Shown here in pieces: positions 10,599 through 20,450 of a DNA stretch of 64,000 bases. Within the stretch, counting starts at the first letter, position 1; each line of letters begins with the position of its first letter. The translations under genes and the position numbers were made by a program. Under the pieces are notes generated by a model that did no database searches, was not told the DNA's origin, and saw only the letters and a program-made list of their open reading frames with translations. This stretch comes from Enterobacteria phage P922, in the sequence record OR999189.1, one strand, 5' to 3'.

Positions 10599-11049
10599 GC
10601 TAGAGATAAGAAGCAATTTTAGATGGCCATCATGTGCATTAAGCAATTTCGCTCAATGGCCTTTCGTTATGGATGGTATCCAATTTGGAGGTCTCGAAGG
10701 ATTCCTCCAAGGATGTAAGGTGAAAAATGTTGAGCAGCAAAGACGTATATTTGGGATGTCCGGGCTTGCCGCCCAACAAGCTGGAAGGTCTTATGCTAGA
10801 GCTCAGGACCGTGGGACCCTCTTTTGGCTTGGAGTTCCATTTTCAAGATACTCTCCAGCATGGAAAGAATTATACACAAATGCATATTTTGAAGCAGCAA
10901 TCCAAAACAGGGGCTTTCGTGATGCATTACAAGCCTCAAAAGGAAAAGTTTTGAAGCACAGCATGGCTAGTGGTCTAACAAAAGATGATACAATACTAAC
11001 CGAAGCTGAATTTATTGATGTGTTAAACCTATTAAGAGACTCTCTATGA
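10585..11049 (+). CDS. NADAR-like (YbiA/DUF1768-like) protein, 154 aa
   Basis: N-terminal motif LSNFAQWPFVMDGIQFGGLEGFLQGCKV resembles the SNFxxWP...DG...E(H)xFQ signature of YbiA-family proteins; C-terminal WG motif not evident. Confidence 0.6.
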   Translation: MKMSELEIRSNFRWPSCALSNFAQWPFVMDGIQFGGLEGFLQGCKVKNVEQQRRIFGMSGLAAQQAGRSYARAQDRGTLFWLGVPFSRYSPAWKELYTNAYFEAAIQNRGFRDALQASKGKVLKHSMASGLTKDDTILTEAEFIDVLNLLRDSL

Positions 11050-11885
11050 AGCCAACTATTTTAACTGATATTGATGGAGTATGTTTAAGCTGGCAATCAG
11101 GCCTTCCTTATTTTGCTCAGAAATATAATCTTCCATTAGAACATATTTTAAAAATGATCCAAGATGAGAAATTTATTTCTCCGGGTAAACTCTTTAATTG
11201 TGACGAAGAACTTGGCGTCAAGTTAATTGAAAAATACAATCGTTCAGATTTTATTCGTTACTTGTCTCCGTATAAAGATGCCCTGTGTGTAATTAACAAA
11301 TTAAAAGAAGATTATAATTTTGTAGCTGTTACAGCATTGGGTGATTCTATTGACGCTCTGTTGAATCGTCAATTTAATTTGAATGCTCTTTTTCCTGGTG
11401 CTTTCTCGGAAGTAATGATGTGTGGTCATGATTCTTCAAAAGAAGAGCTGTTCAAAAAGGCAAAAGAGAAATATAACGTAATTTGTTATATTGACGATCT
11501 CGCTCATCACTGCGATCATGCGAGTGAAATATTAAATGTTCCAGTTTATTGGATGGCTCGAGGAGAGCGTGACAATATTCCAAAAACTGCGCAGCGAGTT
11601 TATACATGGAATGATGTAGAAAATAAGCTTTTTTCACCAAAGGAAAATAAAGAAAGTTTTGATAGTGAAAAAGCTATAAAAGATTTAATTGAGAAGATGG
11701 TTAAAAACGATTCTTTTCCTTGGAACACTACCTGGAGAACGCCTGGATTAAATCCTTATAATCATCTATATCATCCATATCAGACACATCCGTTTCAGAC
11801 ATGGAACTATATTAAACCTGGTGGCATAGAGTATTTGTATAATAGACCTACTAGTGGTGATAATATTTTTCAAGGAGCATTCTAA
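11046..11885 (+). CDS. HAD-superfamily hydrolase-like protein (possible nucleotidase), 279 aa
   Basis: N-terminal HAD motif I ILTDIDGV; translationally coupled to NADAR-like ORF. Confidence 0.6.
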   Translation: MKPTILTDIDGVCLSWQSGLPYFAQKYNLPLEHILKMIQDEKFISPGKLFNCDEELGVKLIEKYNRSDFIRYLSPYKDALCVINKLKEDYNFVAVTALGDSIDALLNRQFNLNALFPGAFSEVMMCGHDSSKEELFKKAKEKYNVICYIDDLAHHCDHASEILNVPVYWMARGERDNIPKTAQRVYTWNDVENKLFSPKENKESFDSEKAIKDLIEKMVKNDSFPWNTTWRTPGLNPYNHLYHPYQTHPFQTWNYIKPGGIEYLYNRPTSGDNIFQGAF

Positions 11886-12154
11886 TGTTTGTTGTTCATA
11901 CTATTTATGAAAATGAAGGTAATACTACACGTGATTACGGCCACGTAAATCAATTTTTTAGATGCAATCCAGAATTCCGAGCTCAAAAAGACGAACGAAT
12001 TTTTAAAAAATGTGTAGAACAAGGTTTCATTTACGTCAAGCACTGGATGCAAGGAAATAAAGTTAGAACTACATATCATAAGTCTTTGCCTGAGCTTAAT
12101 GATGAATTGATTTATAATAGAGCTGTAAACCAAACCCTGAAGGATGAGCAATGA
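11885..12154 (+). CDS. Hypothetical small protein, 89 aa (T4 30.1 position)
   Basis: ORF coupled to ligase gene. Confidence 0.5.
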   Translation: MFVVHTIYENEGNTTRDYGHVNQFFRCNPEFRAQKDERIFKKCVEQGFIYVKHWMQGNKVRTTYHKSLPELNDELIYNRAVNQTLKDEQ

Positions 12155-13611
12155 TTCTTAAAATTCTGAATGAAATAGCATCTATTGGATCAACTAAACA
12201 GAAGCAAGCAATTCTTGAAAAGAATAAAGATAATGAATTGCTTAAACGAGTATATCGTCTGACTTATTCTCGTGGGTTACAGTATTATATCAAGAAATGG
12301 CCTAAACCTGGTATTGCTACCCAGAGTTTTGGAATGCTGACTATTACTGATATGCTTGACTTCATTGAATTCACGTTAGCTACTCGGAAATTAACTGGCA
12401 ATGCAGCAATTGAGGAATTAACTGGATATATCACCGATGGTAAAAAGGATGATGTTGAAGTTTTGCGTCGAGTTATGATGCGAGACCTTGAATGTGGTGC
12501 TTCAGTATCTATTGCAAACAAAGTTTGGCCAGGTTTAATTCCTGAACAACCTCAAATGCTGGCAAGTTCTTATGATGAAAAAGGCATTAGTAAGAATATC
12601 AAGTTTCCAGCCTTTGCGCAGTTAAAAGCAGACGGAGCTCGGTGTTTTGCTGAAGTCCGAGGCGATGAATTAGATGATGTTCGTCTTTTATCACGAGCTG
12701 GTAATGAATATCTAGGATTAGATCTTCTTAAGGAAGAGTTAATCAAAATGACTGCTGAAGCCCGCCAGATTCATCCAGAAGGTGTGTTAATTGATGGCGA
12801 ATTGGTATACCATGAGCAAGTTGAAAAGGAACCAGAAGGCCTAGATTTTCTTTTTGATGCTACTGAAATCAGTAAAGCTAAAGACTTCACAGAAGTAGCT
12901 GAATCTCGTACTGCTTCTAATGGAATCGCTAATAAATCTTTAAAGGGAACCATTTCTGAAAAAGAAGCCAAATGCATGAAGTTTCAGGTCTGGGATTATG
13001 TCCCGTTGGTAGAAATATACGGTCTTCCGGCGTTTCGTTTAAAATATGATGTACGTTTTTCTAAACTAGAACAAATGACATCAGGATATGATAAAGTAAT
13101 TTTAATTGAAAACCAGGTAGTAAATAACCTAGATGAAGCTAAGGTAATTTATAAAAAATATATTGACCGAGGTCTTGAAGGTATTATTCTCAAAAATACC
13201 GATGGATTGTGGGAAAATGCTCGTTCAAAAAATCTCTATAAATTTAAAGAAGTAATTGATGTTGATTTAAAAATTGTAGGAATTTATCCTCACCGTAAAG
13301 ACCCTACTAAAGCAGGTGGATTTATTCTTGAATCAGAATGCGGAAAAATTAAAGTAAACGCTGGTTCAGGTTTAAAAGATAAAGCTGGTGTAAAATCACA
13401 TGAACTTGACCGTACTCGCATTATGGAAAACCAAAATTATTATATTGGAAAAATTCTAGAGTGCGAATGCAATGGTTGGTTAAAATCTGATGGCCGCACT
13501 GATTACGTTAAATTATTTCTTCCAATTGCGATTCGTTTACGTGAAGATAAAACTAAAGCTAATACATTCGAGGATGTATTTGGTGATTTTCATGAGGTAA
13601 CTGGTCTATGA
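12151..13611 (+). CDS. 30: ATP-dependent DNA ligase, 486 aa
   Basis: Adenylation motif KADGAR (AQLKADGARCF); length matches T4 gp30 (487 aa). Confidence 0.95.
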   Translation: MILKILNEIASIGSTKQKQAILEKNKDNELLKRVYRLTYSRGLQYYIKKWPKPGIATQSFGMLTITDMLDFIEFTLATRKLTGNAAIEELTGYITDGKKDDVEVLRRVMMRDLECGASVSIANKVWPGLIPEQPQMLASSYDEKGISKNIKFPAFAQLKADGARCFAEVRGDELDDVRLLSRAGNEYLGLDLLKEELIKMTAEARQIHPEGVLIDGELVYHEQVEKEPEGLDFLFDATEISKAKDFTEVAESRTASNGIANKSLKGTISEKEAKCMKFQVWDYVPLVEIYGLPAFRLKYDVRFSKLEQMTSGYDKVILIENQVVNNLDEAKVIYKKYIDRGLEGIILKNTDGLWENARSKNLYKFKEVIDVDLKIVGIYPHRKDPTKAGGFILESECGKIKVNAGSGLKDKAGVKSHELDRTRIMENQNYYIGKILECECNGWLKSDGRTDYVKLFLPIAIRLREDKTKANTFEDVFGDFHEVTGL

Positions 13612-13796
13612 AAGCTTACTTAGAAACAATTGTCGTTGCTCAAAAAGAAGGTGGAGATGTTTCTACTTCTGTATCACAAATCGTTCTTGAATTTGTAGAT
13701 GCATATGCTTATAATAAATTTACAGAAACATTTGATGCCTATGAAAAAGGTCCGAAGTTTGAAATATACCGTACTCTCTTACCACTAGATTATTAA
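13608..13796 (+). CDS. Hypothetical small protein, 62 aa
   Basis: ORF overlapping ligase stop (ATGA). Confidence 0.5.
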   Translation: MKAYLETIVVAQKEGGDVSTSVSQIVLEFVDAYAYNKFTETFDAYEKGPKFEIYRTLLPLDY

Positions 13797-13820
13797 AGGC
13801 CTTCGGGCCTTTAATTTTAT
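13795..13820 (+). terminator. Hairpin terminator (AAAGGCC-TTCG-GGCCTTT) plus T-rich tail
   Basis: Read directly. Confidence 0.6.
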
Positions 13821-13825
13821 AAATA
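13818..13825 (+). promoter_or_regulatory. Late promoter TATAAATA upstream of alt
   Basis: Exact TATAAATA about 20 bp upstream of alt ATG; Alt is a packaged virion protein so late expression is expected. Confidence 0.55.
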
Positions 13826-13848
13826 GAATAAACACTAGAGAGGATATG

Positions 13849-15942
13849 ATGGAACTCATTACAGAATTATTTGACGAAGATACTACTCTTCCGATTACAA
13901 ACTTAAATCCAAAGAAGAAAATACCGCAAATTTTTTCAGTTCATGTTGATGACGCAATTGAACAACCAGGCTTTCGTTTATGTACCTATACATCTGGAGG
14001 TGATACTAATCGCGATTTAAAAATGGGCGATAAAATGATGCATATTGTTCCTTTTACATTAACTGCTAAAGGTTCAATTGCTAAATTAAAAGGTCTCGGT
14101 CCAAGCCCAATTAATTATATCAATTCAGTTTTTACTGTTGCAATGCAGACGATGCGTCAGTATAAAATTGATGCCTGTATGCTCCGTATTCTTAAGTCTA
14201 AAACTGCTGGTCAAGCTCGACAAATTCAAGTTATTGCTGATAGACTTATCCGTAGTCGTTCAGGTGGCAGATACGTCCTTCTTAAGGAACTCTGGGATTA
14301 CGATAAAAAGTATGCATATATTCTTATACATCGCAAAAATGTATCACTAGAAGACATTCCAGGAGTTCCGGAAATTAGTACCGAGCTCTTTACTAAAGTT
14401 GAATCGAAAGTCGGCGATGTTTATATCAATAAAGATACTGGTGCTCAAGTAACTAAAAATGAGGCAATTGCAGCATCTATTGCGCAAGAAAATGATAAAC
14501 GCTCTGACCAAGCTGTAATCGTTAAAGTTAAAATTTCCCGTAGAGCAATTGCGCAAAGTCAATCATTAGAATCTTCTAGATTTGAAAGCGAATTATTCCA
14601 GAAGTATGAATCTACTGCAGCTAATTTCAATAAACCTGCTACTGCTCCTTTAATTCCAGAAGCAGAAGAAATGAAGCTTGGAATTAATTCATTAGCTTCT
14701 AAAACTAAGGCAGCAAAAATTATTGCTGAAGGAACTGCAGATGAACTTCACTATGACTATAAATTCTTTTCAAAAAGTGAGGTTAATGAAGTTTCTGAAA
14801 AAATTAAAGATGTAATTCTTAATGCGATTAAAAATGAACCAACTACTTCAATAAAATGTTTAGAGAAATACGCAGCAGCTGTTAATAAATTCTTTGAAGA
14901 ATACAAAGATAAATGGCTTGATAAACATAATAAAACCCGTAAAGGACAGCCAGATGAAGTCTGGGAAGAAATAACTAAAAATTCCTGGAACGCAGCAAAA
15001 ACTAAATTCCTCAAACGAATGATTTATAGTTTTTCTGGAATTGGTGCAGGTCCAATGATTGATATTACCATTGCACGCGATGGTTCTAAATATACTCCAT
15101 CGCAAAAGCGCGGCATTAGAGAGTATTGTGGATCAGGATATACTGACATCAATAATCTTCTTTTAGGCCGCTACAATCCAGAACGATATGATGTAATGAG
15201 TGAAAAAGAAATTGAATCTGCTATAAATAACTTAGATTCAGCTTTTGAAAATGGTGACCGTATACCAGAAGGCATTACAGTTTATCGTGCTCAAAGTATG
15301 ACTGCTCCTATATACGAAGCACTAGTTAAAAATAAAGTGTTCTATTTCAGAAATTTTGTATCTACTTCTTTAACTCCTATCATTTTTGGACGTTTTGGAA
15401 TTACACATGCTGGTATTGGTCTTTTAGAACCAGAAGCTCGTAATGAATTGACAGTTGATAAAAATGAAGAAGGAATAACTATTAATCCAAACGAAATAAG
15501 AGCGTATAAAGAAAATCCTGAATACGTTAAAGTTCAAATAGGATGGGCAATTGATGGAGCTCATAAAGTTAATGTTGTATATCCAGGAAGTCTCGGAATA
15601 GCAACAGAAGCTGAAGTTATTCTACCGCGCGGATTGATGGTCAAAGTTAATAAAATAACTGATGCTTCTAATAATGACGGAACAACATCTAATAATACAA
15701 AACTCATTCAAGCTGAAGTTATGACTACAGAAGAACTCACCGAATCAGTAATTTATGATGGAGACCATTTAATGGAAACTGGTGAAGTAGTTGCAATGAC
15801 AGGTGATATTGAAATAGAAGACAGAGTTGACTTTGCATCATTTGTTTCATCAAACGTTAAACAGAAAGTAGAATCATCTCTTGGAATTATTGCGTCTTGC
15901 ATAGATATTACAAACATGCCTTACAAGTTCGTTCAAGGATAA
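13849..15942 (+). CDS. alt: Alt ADP-ribosyltransferase (packaged, injected), 697 aa
   Basis: N-terminus MELITELFDEDTTLPITNL matches recalled T4 Alt; ART-like R/STS/EAE motifs (TVYRAQ, FVSTSL, EAEVILPRG). Confidence 0.9.
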   Translation: MELITELFDEDTTLPITNLNPKKKIPQIFSVHVDDAIEQPGFRLCTYTSGGDTNRDLKMGDKMMHIVPFTLTAKGSIAKLKGLGPSPINYINSVFTVAMQTMRQYKIDACMLRILKSKTAGQARQIQVIADRLIRSRSGGRYVLLKELWDYDKKYAYILIHRKNVSLEDIPGVPEISTELFTKVESKVGDVYINKDTGAQVTKNEAIAASIAQENDKRSDQAVIVKVKISRRAIAQSQSLESSRFESELFQKYESTAANFNKPATAPLIPEAEEMKLGINSLASKTKAAKIIAEGTADELHYDYKFFSKSEVNEVSEKIKDVILNAIKNEPTTSIKCLEKYAAAVNKFFEEYKDKWLDKHNKTRKGQPDEVWEEITKNSWNAAKTKFLKRMIYSFSGIGAGPMIDITIARDGSKYTPSQKRGIREYCGSGYTDINNLLLGRYNPERYDVMSEKEIESAINNLDSAFENGDRIPEGITVYRAQSMTAPIYEALVKNKVFYFRNFVSTSLTPIIFGRFGITHAGIGLLEPEARNELTVDKNEEGITINPNEIRAYKENPEYVKVQIGWAIDGAHKVNVVYPGSLGIATEAEVILPRGLMVKVNKITDASNNDGTTSNNTKLIQAEVMTTEELTESVIYDGDHLMETGEVVAMTGDIEIEDRVDFASFVSSNVKQKVESSLGIIASCIDITNMPYKFVQG

Positions 15943-15945
15943 ATC

Positions 15946-18003
15946 ATGGAACTTATTACAGAATTATTTGACGGCGCTTCGGCGCCGGTTGTTAACTTAA
16001 ACCCGAAGCATAAAATACCTCAAATTTTTGCTATTCAAGCAGGTGAAGAAAGCGTGCTTCCTGGATTTAGATTTTGTACATACACCTCTGGCGGTGATAC
16101 AAATAAAAACGTTAAGCCAGGCGATAAAATGATGCATATCGTAATGATAGGTGTCAATGAAAAGCTATCATTAGTTAAACTTAAAAACTTAGGTGGAAAT
16201 CCAATTGGTGTCATTAATGCGGTTTTTGATACTGCTCTTCAAACAATGAAACAGTATAAAATTGATGCATGCTTATTCCGCGTACTAAAGAGCAAAACAA
16301 ATGGAGCTGCTCGTCAAATGCAAGTTATTGCCGACCGTTTAGTACGTACTAAAGGAGCAGGTCGATATGTTCTTTTAAAGGAAATCTGGGACTATGATAA
16401 GAAATATGCATATATTATGGTTTACCGCAAAAATGCCAATTTAGAAGACATTCCAGGTGTACCTCCTATTTCAACTGAGTTATTCACAAAGGTTGAATCA
16501 AAGGTTGGTGATGTTTATGTAGATGTTAAAACAGGTAATGCTGTTCCTAAAGCTGTTGCTGTTGCTGCTTCTATTGCTTTAGAAAATGATAAGCGCACAG
16601 ATCAAGCTGTAATTCAGAAAACTAAAATTAGTCGTCGATTAGCAGCACAAGCTCAATACTCTACTGTCGATGCTTCACTTCAGGGTGATAGCTTCGCCGC
16701 TAAGAAATATCAAGAGTTTGAATCTAAAGTTCCGGTATATAAAGCAGAAGGACCAATGAACTCCGGCGTTATTCAGGTTGGTTCAAACTTCAGCAAAGGA
16801 GCTATCGGTGGTATGAGGAGTGCTTCTCGTTTTAAATCTAGTGATTATGAACTAGAAAGCTTCCGAAATCATATTGCATTGGCCCATGCGCGTTTACGTG
16901 ATCCATCTATTAAATTACAGAGCGATATAACATATCAAGGTTCTCAAGAATATTTAAAGAATAAAGAATTTTTTGATTATAAAACTGATAAAATTTTAAG
17001 CGATCTTGCTGACATTAATATTTCTAATAGCTTTGATGTTATTAAGAAAATTGTCAATGATTTAGTTAAAGGTTCTAAAGCCACGCCAGACGAAAAGGTA
17101 GCTATTGTTCAATTTGTCATGAATGGCATTTATAAATTGATTAATGAGTCTGCTTCTCAAGCGTATGAATATGCAAGTACTGAAGTACCCCCAAAAGGAT
17201 TAACTCAGGCTGAGTCTGATGTAATTGAAGATTATTGCGCGGATTCATATGTTGAAATGAACTCGTTCCTTTTAGGTAAACCGGATTCTACTCGTGAAGA
17301 ATACATGGAACGAGCTATTAAACACATCGAGACAATGGATTCTGCCTTTGCCAAAGGATCAGTTCTTCCTCCAGGAACTACGCTTTATCGTGGACAAGAA
17401 GTTACCTTTAAAACTTTACGTCATAATATTGAAAATAAAATGTTCTATTTTAAGAACTTCGTATCCACATCGCTTAAACCAAATATCTTCGGTGAGTATG
17501 GTAAAAACTATATGGCTCTAGATGATTCCAGTACAGTATTTTCTGGTGAAGGAGAAGGTTCAGTTGACGCAGAAGATTTGATGCATATGGGCAGTCATTC
17601 TTCTTATGCGAATGAAGATGCTGAAACTAGCGTGGGTATGGTAATTAAAGGAGCTGAGCGAATCAAAGTTATCGTTCCGGGTCATTTATCAGGATTTCCA
17701 TCAGAAGCTGAAGTTATTTTACCACGTGGAATTTTGCTGAAGATTAATAAAGTGAGTACGTACATGATGAAAGAAACTGCTTATAACAAGTATTTAATCG
17801 AAGGCACAATCGTTCCTCCTTCTGAACAATTAGAAGAATCGGTATATGATGGCGATCATCTGATGGAAACTGGTGAAGTTCGTCCAATGGCTGGGTTTAA
17901 TCAATTCCTTGTAGAAGAATCAAAAGAAGAGGAAAACGAAGTTTCTCAAATCTTAGCTTCTTTGGTTAACATCAACGGAATGTCTAAAAAGTTCAAGATG
18001 TAG
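15946..18003 (+). CDS. Alt-like ADP-ribosyltransferase paralog, 685 aa
   Basis: Same N-terminus MELITELFD, conserved blocks and ART motifs (TLYRGQ, FVSTSL, EAEVILPRG), divergent middle; starts 3 bp after alt stop. Confidence 0.85.
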   Translation: MELITELFDGASAPVVNLNPKHKIPQIFAIQAGEESVLPGFRFCTYTSGGDTNKNVKPGDKMMHIVMIGVNEKLSLVKLKNLGGNPIGVINAVFDTALQTMKQYKIDACLFRVLKSKTNGAARQMQVIADRLVRTKGAGRYVLLKEIWDYDKKYAYIMVYRKNANLEDIPGVPPISTELFTKVESKVGDVYVDVKTGNAVPKAVAVAASIALENDKRTDQAVIQKTKISRRLAAQAQYSTVDASLQGDSFAAKKYQEFESKVPVYKAEGPMNSGVIQVGSNFSKGAIGGMRSASRFKSSDYELESFRNHIALAHARLRDPSIKLQSDITYQGSQEYLKNKEFFDYKTDKILSDLADINISNSFDVIKKIVNDLVKGSKATPDEKVAIVQFVMNGIYKLINESASQAYEYASTEVPPKGLTQAESDVIEDYCADSYVEMNSFLLGKPDSTREEYMERAIKHIETMDSAFAKGSVLPPGTTLYRGQEVTFKTLRHNIENKMFYFKNFVSTSLKPNIFGEYGKNYMALDDSSTVFSGEGEGSVDAEDLMHMGSHSSYANEDAETSVGMVIKGAERIKVIVPGHLSGFPSEAEVILPRGILLKINKVSTYMMKETAYNKYLIEGTIVPPSEQLEESVYDGDHLMETGEVRPMAGFNQFLVEESKEEENEVSQILASLVNINGMSKKFKM

Positions 18004-18056
18004 TTTACAAGTCCCTCGTGTTGTGTTATAATAATTTTACTTACATAACATGAGGA
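18003..18056 (+). promoter_or_regulatory. T4-type early promoter cassette (GTTTAC, 17 bp, TATAAT), near-identical to cassette at 2196
   Basis: 28 bp identical to 2196-2223, followed by similar AACATGAGG SD-containing arm. Confidence 0.6.
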
Positions 18057-18063
18057 ACACAAA

Positions 18064-18354
18064 ATGAAATCTTCTTTACGCTTTTTAGGTCAAGAGCTTG
18101 TAGTTGAAGGCGTTATTCCTGCTGATAACGCTTTTAATGAAGCAGTTTACGATGAATTTATCAAAATTTTTGGAACAGATAAAAAGTTCGGAATTTTTCC
18201 TTCTGAAAATTTCTCAAAGCCAGAACAGACTGAAAGCATTTTCCAGGGTGTAGTAACAGGTAAATTTGAGTCAGAAGCTCCGGTAAAAATTGAAGTTTAT
18301 ATTGAAGACAGTTTAGTTGCTTCAGTTGCTGCTTTTATTTCATTCCGTAAATAA
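18064..18354 (+). CDS. Hypothetical protein, 96 aa (downstream of alt)
   Basis: ORF with SD GAGGAA and own early promoter. Confidence 0.6.
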   Translation: MKSSLRFLGQELVVEGVIPADNAFNEAVYDEFIKIFGTDKKFGIFPSENFSKPEQTESIFQGVVTGKFESEAPVKIEVYIEDSLVASVAAFISFRK

Positions 18355-18358
18355 AAAT

Positions 18359-18380
18359 ATGGGGACCGAAAGGTCCCCAT
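18359..18380. terminator. Bidirectional hairpin between convergent early (+) and late (-) transcription units
   Basis: ATGGGGACC-GAAA-GGTCCCCAT perfect 9-bp stem. Confidence 0.6.
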
Positions 18381-18382
18381 TG

Positions 18383-19348
18383 TTATATTGCTCCTAATAT
18401 TTTACTTTGCGAATTGACAATTCCTGTCATAGTATTAATGTTTGAAATGCTTCCCGCAGTTCCTCCTAATCTACTAAGTCGTGAAAGCGAATTAGATAGT
18501 CCAGTAACACCTCCACTATTTCCGAGAACGCTTTGAATGCCATTTATAGCAGCAGATTCAAGCCACTCAAGCGCAGCTTGTCTATCAACCGACCCAGCCT
18601 GCATGACTCTATACGCAAAAGTAACATCAAATGTAGTTATTTGGTTATCTCCATCATATGATAACTCAGGAGCACTCACTGACACTGGAATGCATCCGGT
18701 GAACATCACAGCAGTATGAGGTAATCCATTACGAGCATGAAGATTAACCTGAATGTCTGCCTCGACATCTTGCGGCAAAGCACGCAGTCCAGTTACTGGG
18801 TCTTGAACAGCATTAACCCAGTCTTGCATTGCACGATAGTTACAAGCTTCTGAATCCATCCTAAATGAAATAACCAAAGGGTCTAATTCTCTCCCAGTTA
18901 TACGAATATTAGGAGAATTATAGTTCCAGTCAGTTTCATAGGATAATCTATTCTCTGGCATTTTTACGGAATATATCATCAATCCAGATGAGTTATATGC
19001 CATGTTAAAGAAGTCAATTAAATATGTACCAACTGTAAATGAGCCCAATAAACTTTGAACTGTACGTTGACTCATGGCACCAATAAGATATTTACTAACC
19101 CCTGATTTTCTTATCAGTTTTTGTGTGCCAGCGGTAATTAGCGTGGTAATTCCCTGATTAATATCGCCTTGAGTCAATCCTAACCAATCTGAATTTAGAC
19201 CCAAGTTATTATAAGAAAAGTTGCTAATTGAACTTATCAACGAAGAGCTTTTAGTTGATGGAGCTGTCGCAAAAACGCAGCTAAACATATTATTACGCTG
19301 GAAATCTGCGTTTATTGCTTGATTATTAAATTCCTCTAAAGAATACAT
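18383..19348 (-). CDS. 54: Baseplate tail-tube initiator gp54, 321 aa
   Basis: Length and order 54-48-29-28-27-51 match T4. Confidence 0.9.
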   Translation of the reverse strand: MYSLEEFNNQAINADFQRNNMFSCVFATAPSTKSSSLISSISNFSYNNLGLNSDWLGLTQGDINQGITTLITAGTQKLIRKSGVSKYLIGAMSQRTVQSLLGSFTVGTYLIDFFNMAYNSSGLMIYSVKMPENRLSYETDWNYNSPNIRITGRELDPLVISFRMDSEACNYRAMQDWVNAVQDPVTGLRALPQDVEADIQVNLHARNGLPHTAVMFTGCIPVSVSAPELSYDGDNQITTFDVTFAYRVMQAGSVDRQAALEWLESAAINGIQSVLGNSGGVTGLSNSLSRLSRLGGTAGSISNINTMTGIVNSQSKILGAI

Positions 19349-20442
19349 TAAAAAGTCCCCGCATATAAAGAAGCACGGTTTAACGTGATAATTTCTCTCA
19401 TAGTAATCTCGAGAGTAAATGTACTAGGGAGGTTTGGAGCAATAGCTAATCCGTTAAAGTTACCATTAGGTGTTTTATCAAATCTGATGCTTTGTATTTG
19501 GCATGGGCCAAATATTTCTGTTTTTCCATCAAACTTAGATGTTGCACCAAAGTTTTTCACCATCCAAATTGTCGGGTTTGAAACTACTAGAACGTTAGTT
19601 AAACTCGATGTCATTTTCTCAAATAGTGTTTTATTTTTAGCTGCGTCTTCCGGAGATAAAGGTTCAATTAACGTAGAACGATACCAATCATCTAAATACC
19701 CCTTTATTTCAGCAGCATATTGAGATTTGCCAGTTTCACCATAAGAAAAATAGTTAAAATATTGATAGATATTAATAATAGCCATTAAATCTTCTGTGGA
19801 ACGTGGAGTCAAATCCCATGTAAACACTTTAGTTCTATTTTCAGCGCCACCATACATACTTCTGGCTGTCGTATAAATCTGTTCATTATTATCAGCCATT
19901 ATACCTTGTGTTATACTTTCCAGTGCCCCAAATACTGCAGTTGAAGCAATATTACTTAGCACACCAGTAGCAGTACCTCCGCCTCTGCTGATAAGACTTT
20001 CTTGAACATCATTAAATCTATGTGACGACGTATCAACGTCAGATTTAGATCTCGGTAAAAGAATGTTTGCGACAGGAGCTTTACTTATTGTTCCTGAATT
20101 ATTATCTGATATTAATCCATTTGACAGTTTTGATACTGTATTACTGATAGTGTTTCTGGCTGTACGTAAAATACTCGAAGATGAAGAAGAGTAGTTAGAT
20201 CTCATCGATCTAAGACTTCCAGAATCCCTAGATGACATATTGTATGCAGTAAATAATAATCCATTCTTATATAGATCTGTTACCTGGAAGTCTCCTGTAG
20301 TGTCATTACCACTAGCACGCCCAGTTGGAAACTGGGCAGTGTATGTTTTAGTTGCTACTTCTGATTTAGTACTCTGTCCGGCTGAAATTTTCTCACCGGA
20401 CTTTTTAATTAAATCAGCAGTTATTTCTTTAACAATTGCCAT
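19348..20442 (-). CDS. 48: Baseplate tail-tube cap gp48, 364 aa
   Basis: Length and synteny match T4 gp48. Confidence 0.9.
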   Translation of the reverse strand: MAIVKEITADLIKKSGEKISAGQSTKSEVATKTYTAQFPTGRASGNDTTGDFQVTDLYKNGLLFTAYNMSSRDSGSLRSMRSNYSSSSSSILRTARNTISNTVSKLSNGLISDNNSGTISKAPVANILLPRSKSDVDTSSHRFNDVQESLISRGGGTATGVLSNIASTAVFGALESITQGIMADNNEQIYTTARSMYGGAENRTKVFTWDLTPRSTEDLMAIINIYQYFNYFSYGETGKSQYAAEIKGYLDDWYRSTLIEPLSPEDAAKNKTLFEKMTSSLTNVLVVSNPTIWMVKNFGATSKFDGKTEIFGPCQIQSIRFDKTPNGNFNGLAIAPNLPSTFTLEITMREIITLNRASLYAGTF

Positions 20443-20450
20443 ATTATTCC

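Noticed and set aside
10727-10954. 75-aa ORF in another frame inside the NADAR-like gene
   Set aside because: Embedded in a better-supported longer ORF with a recognisable motif.
19385-19723. 112-aa plus-strand ORF inside gene 48
   Set aside because: Fully embedded antisense in a conserved baseplate gene; no translation signals.
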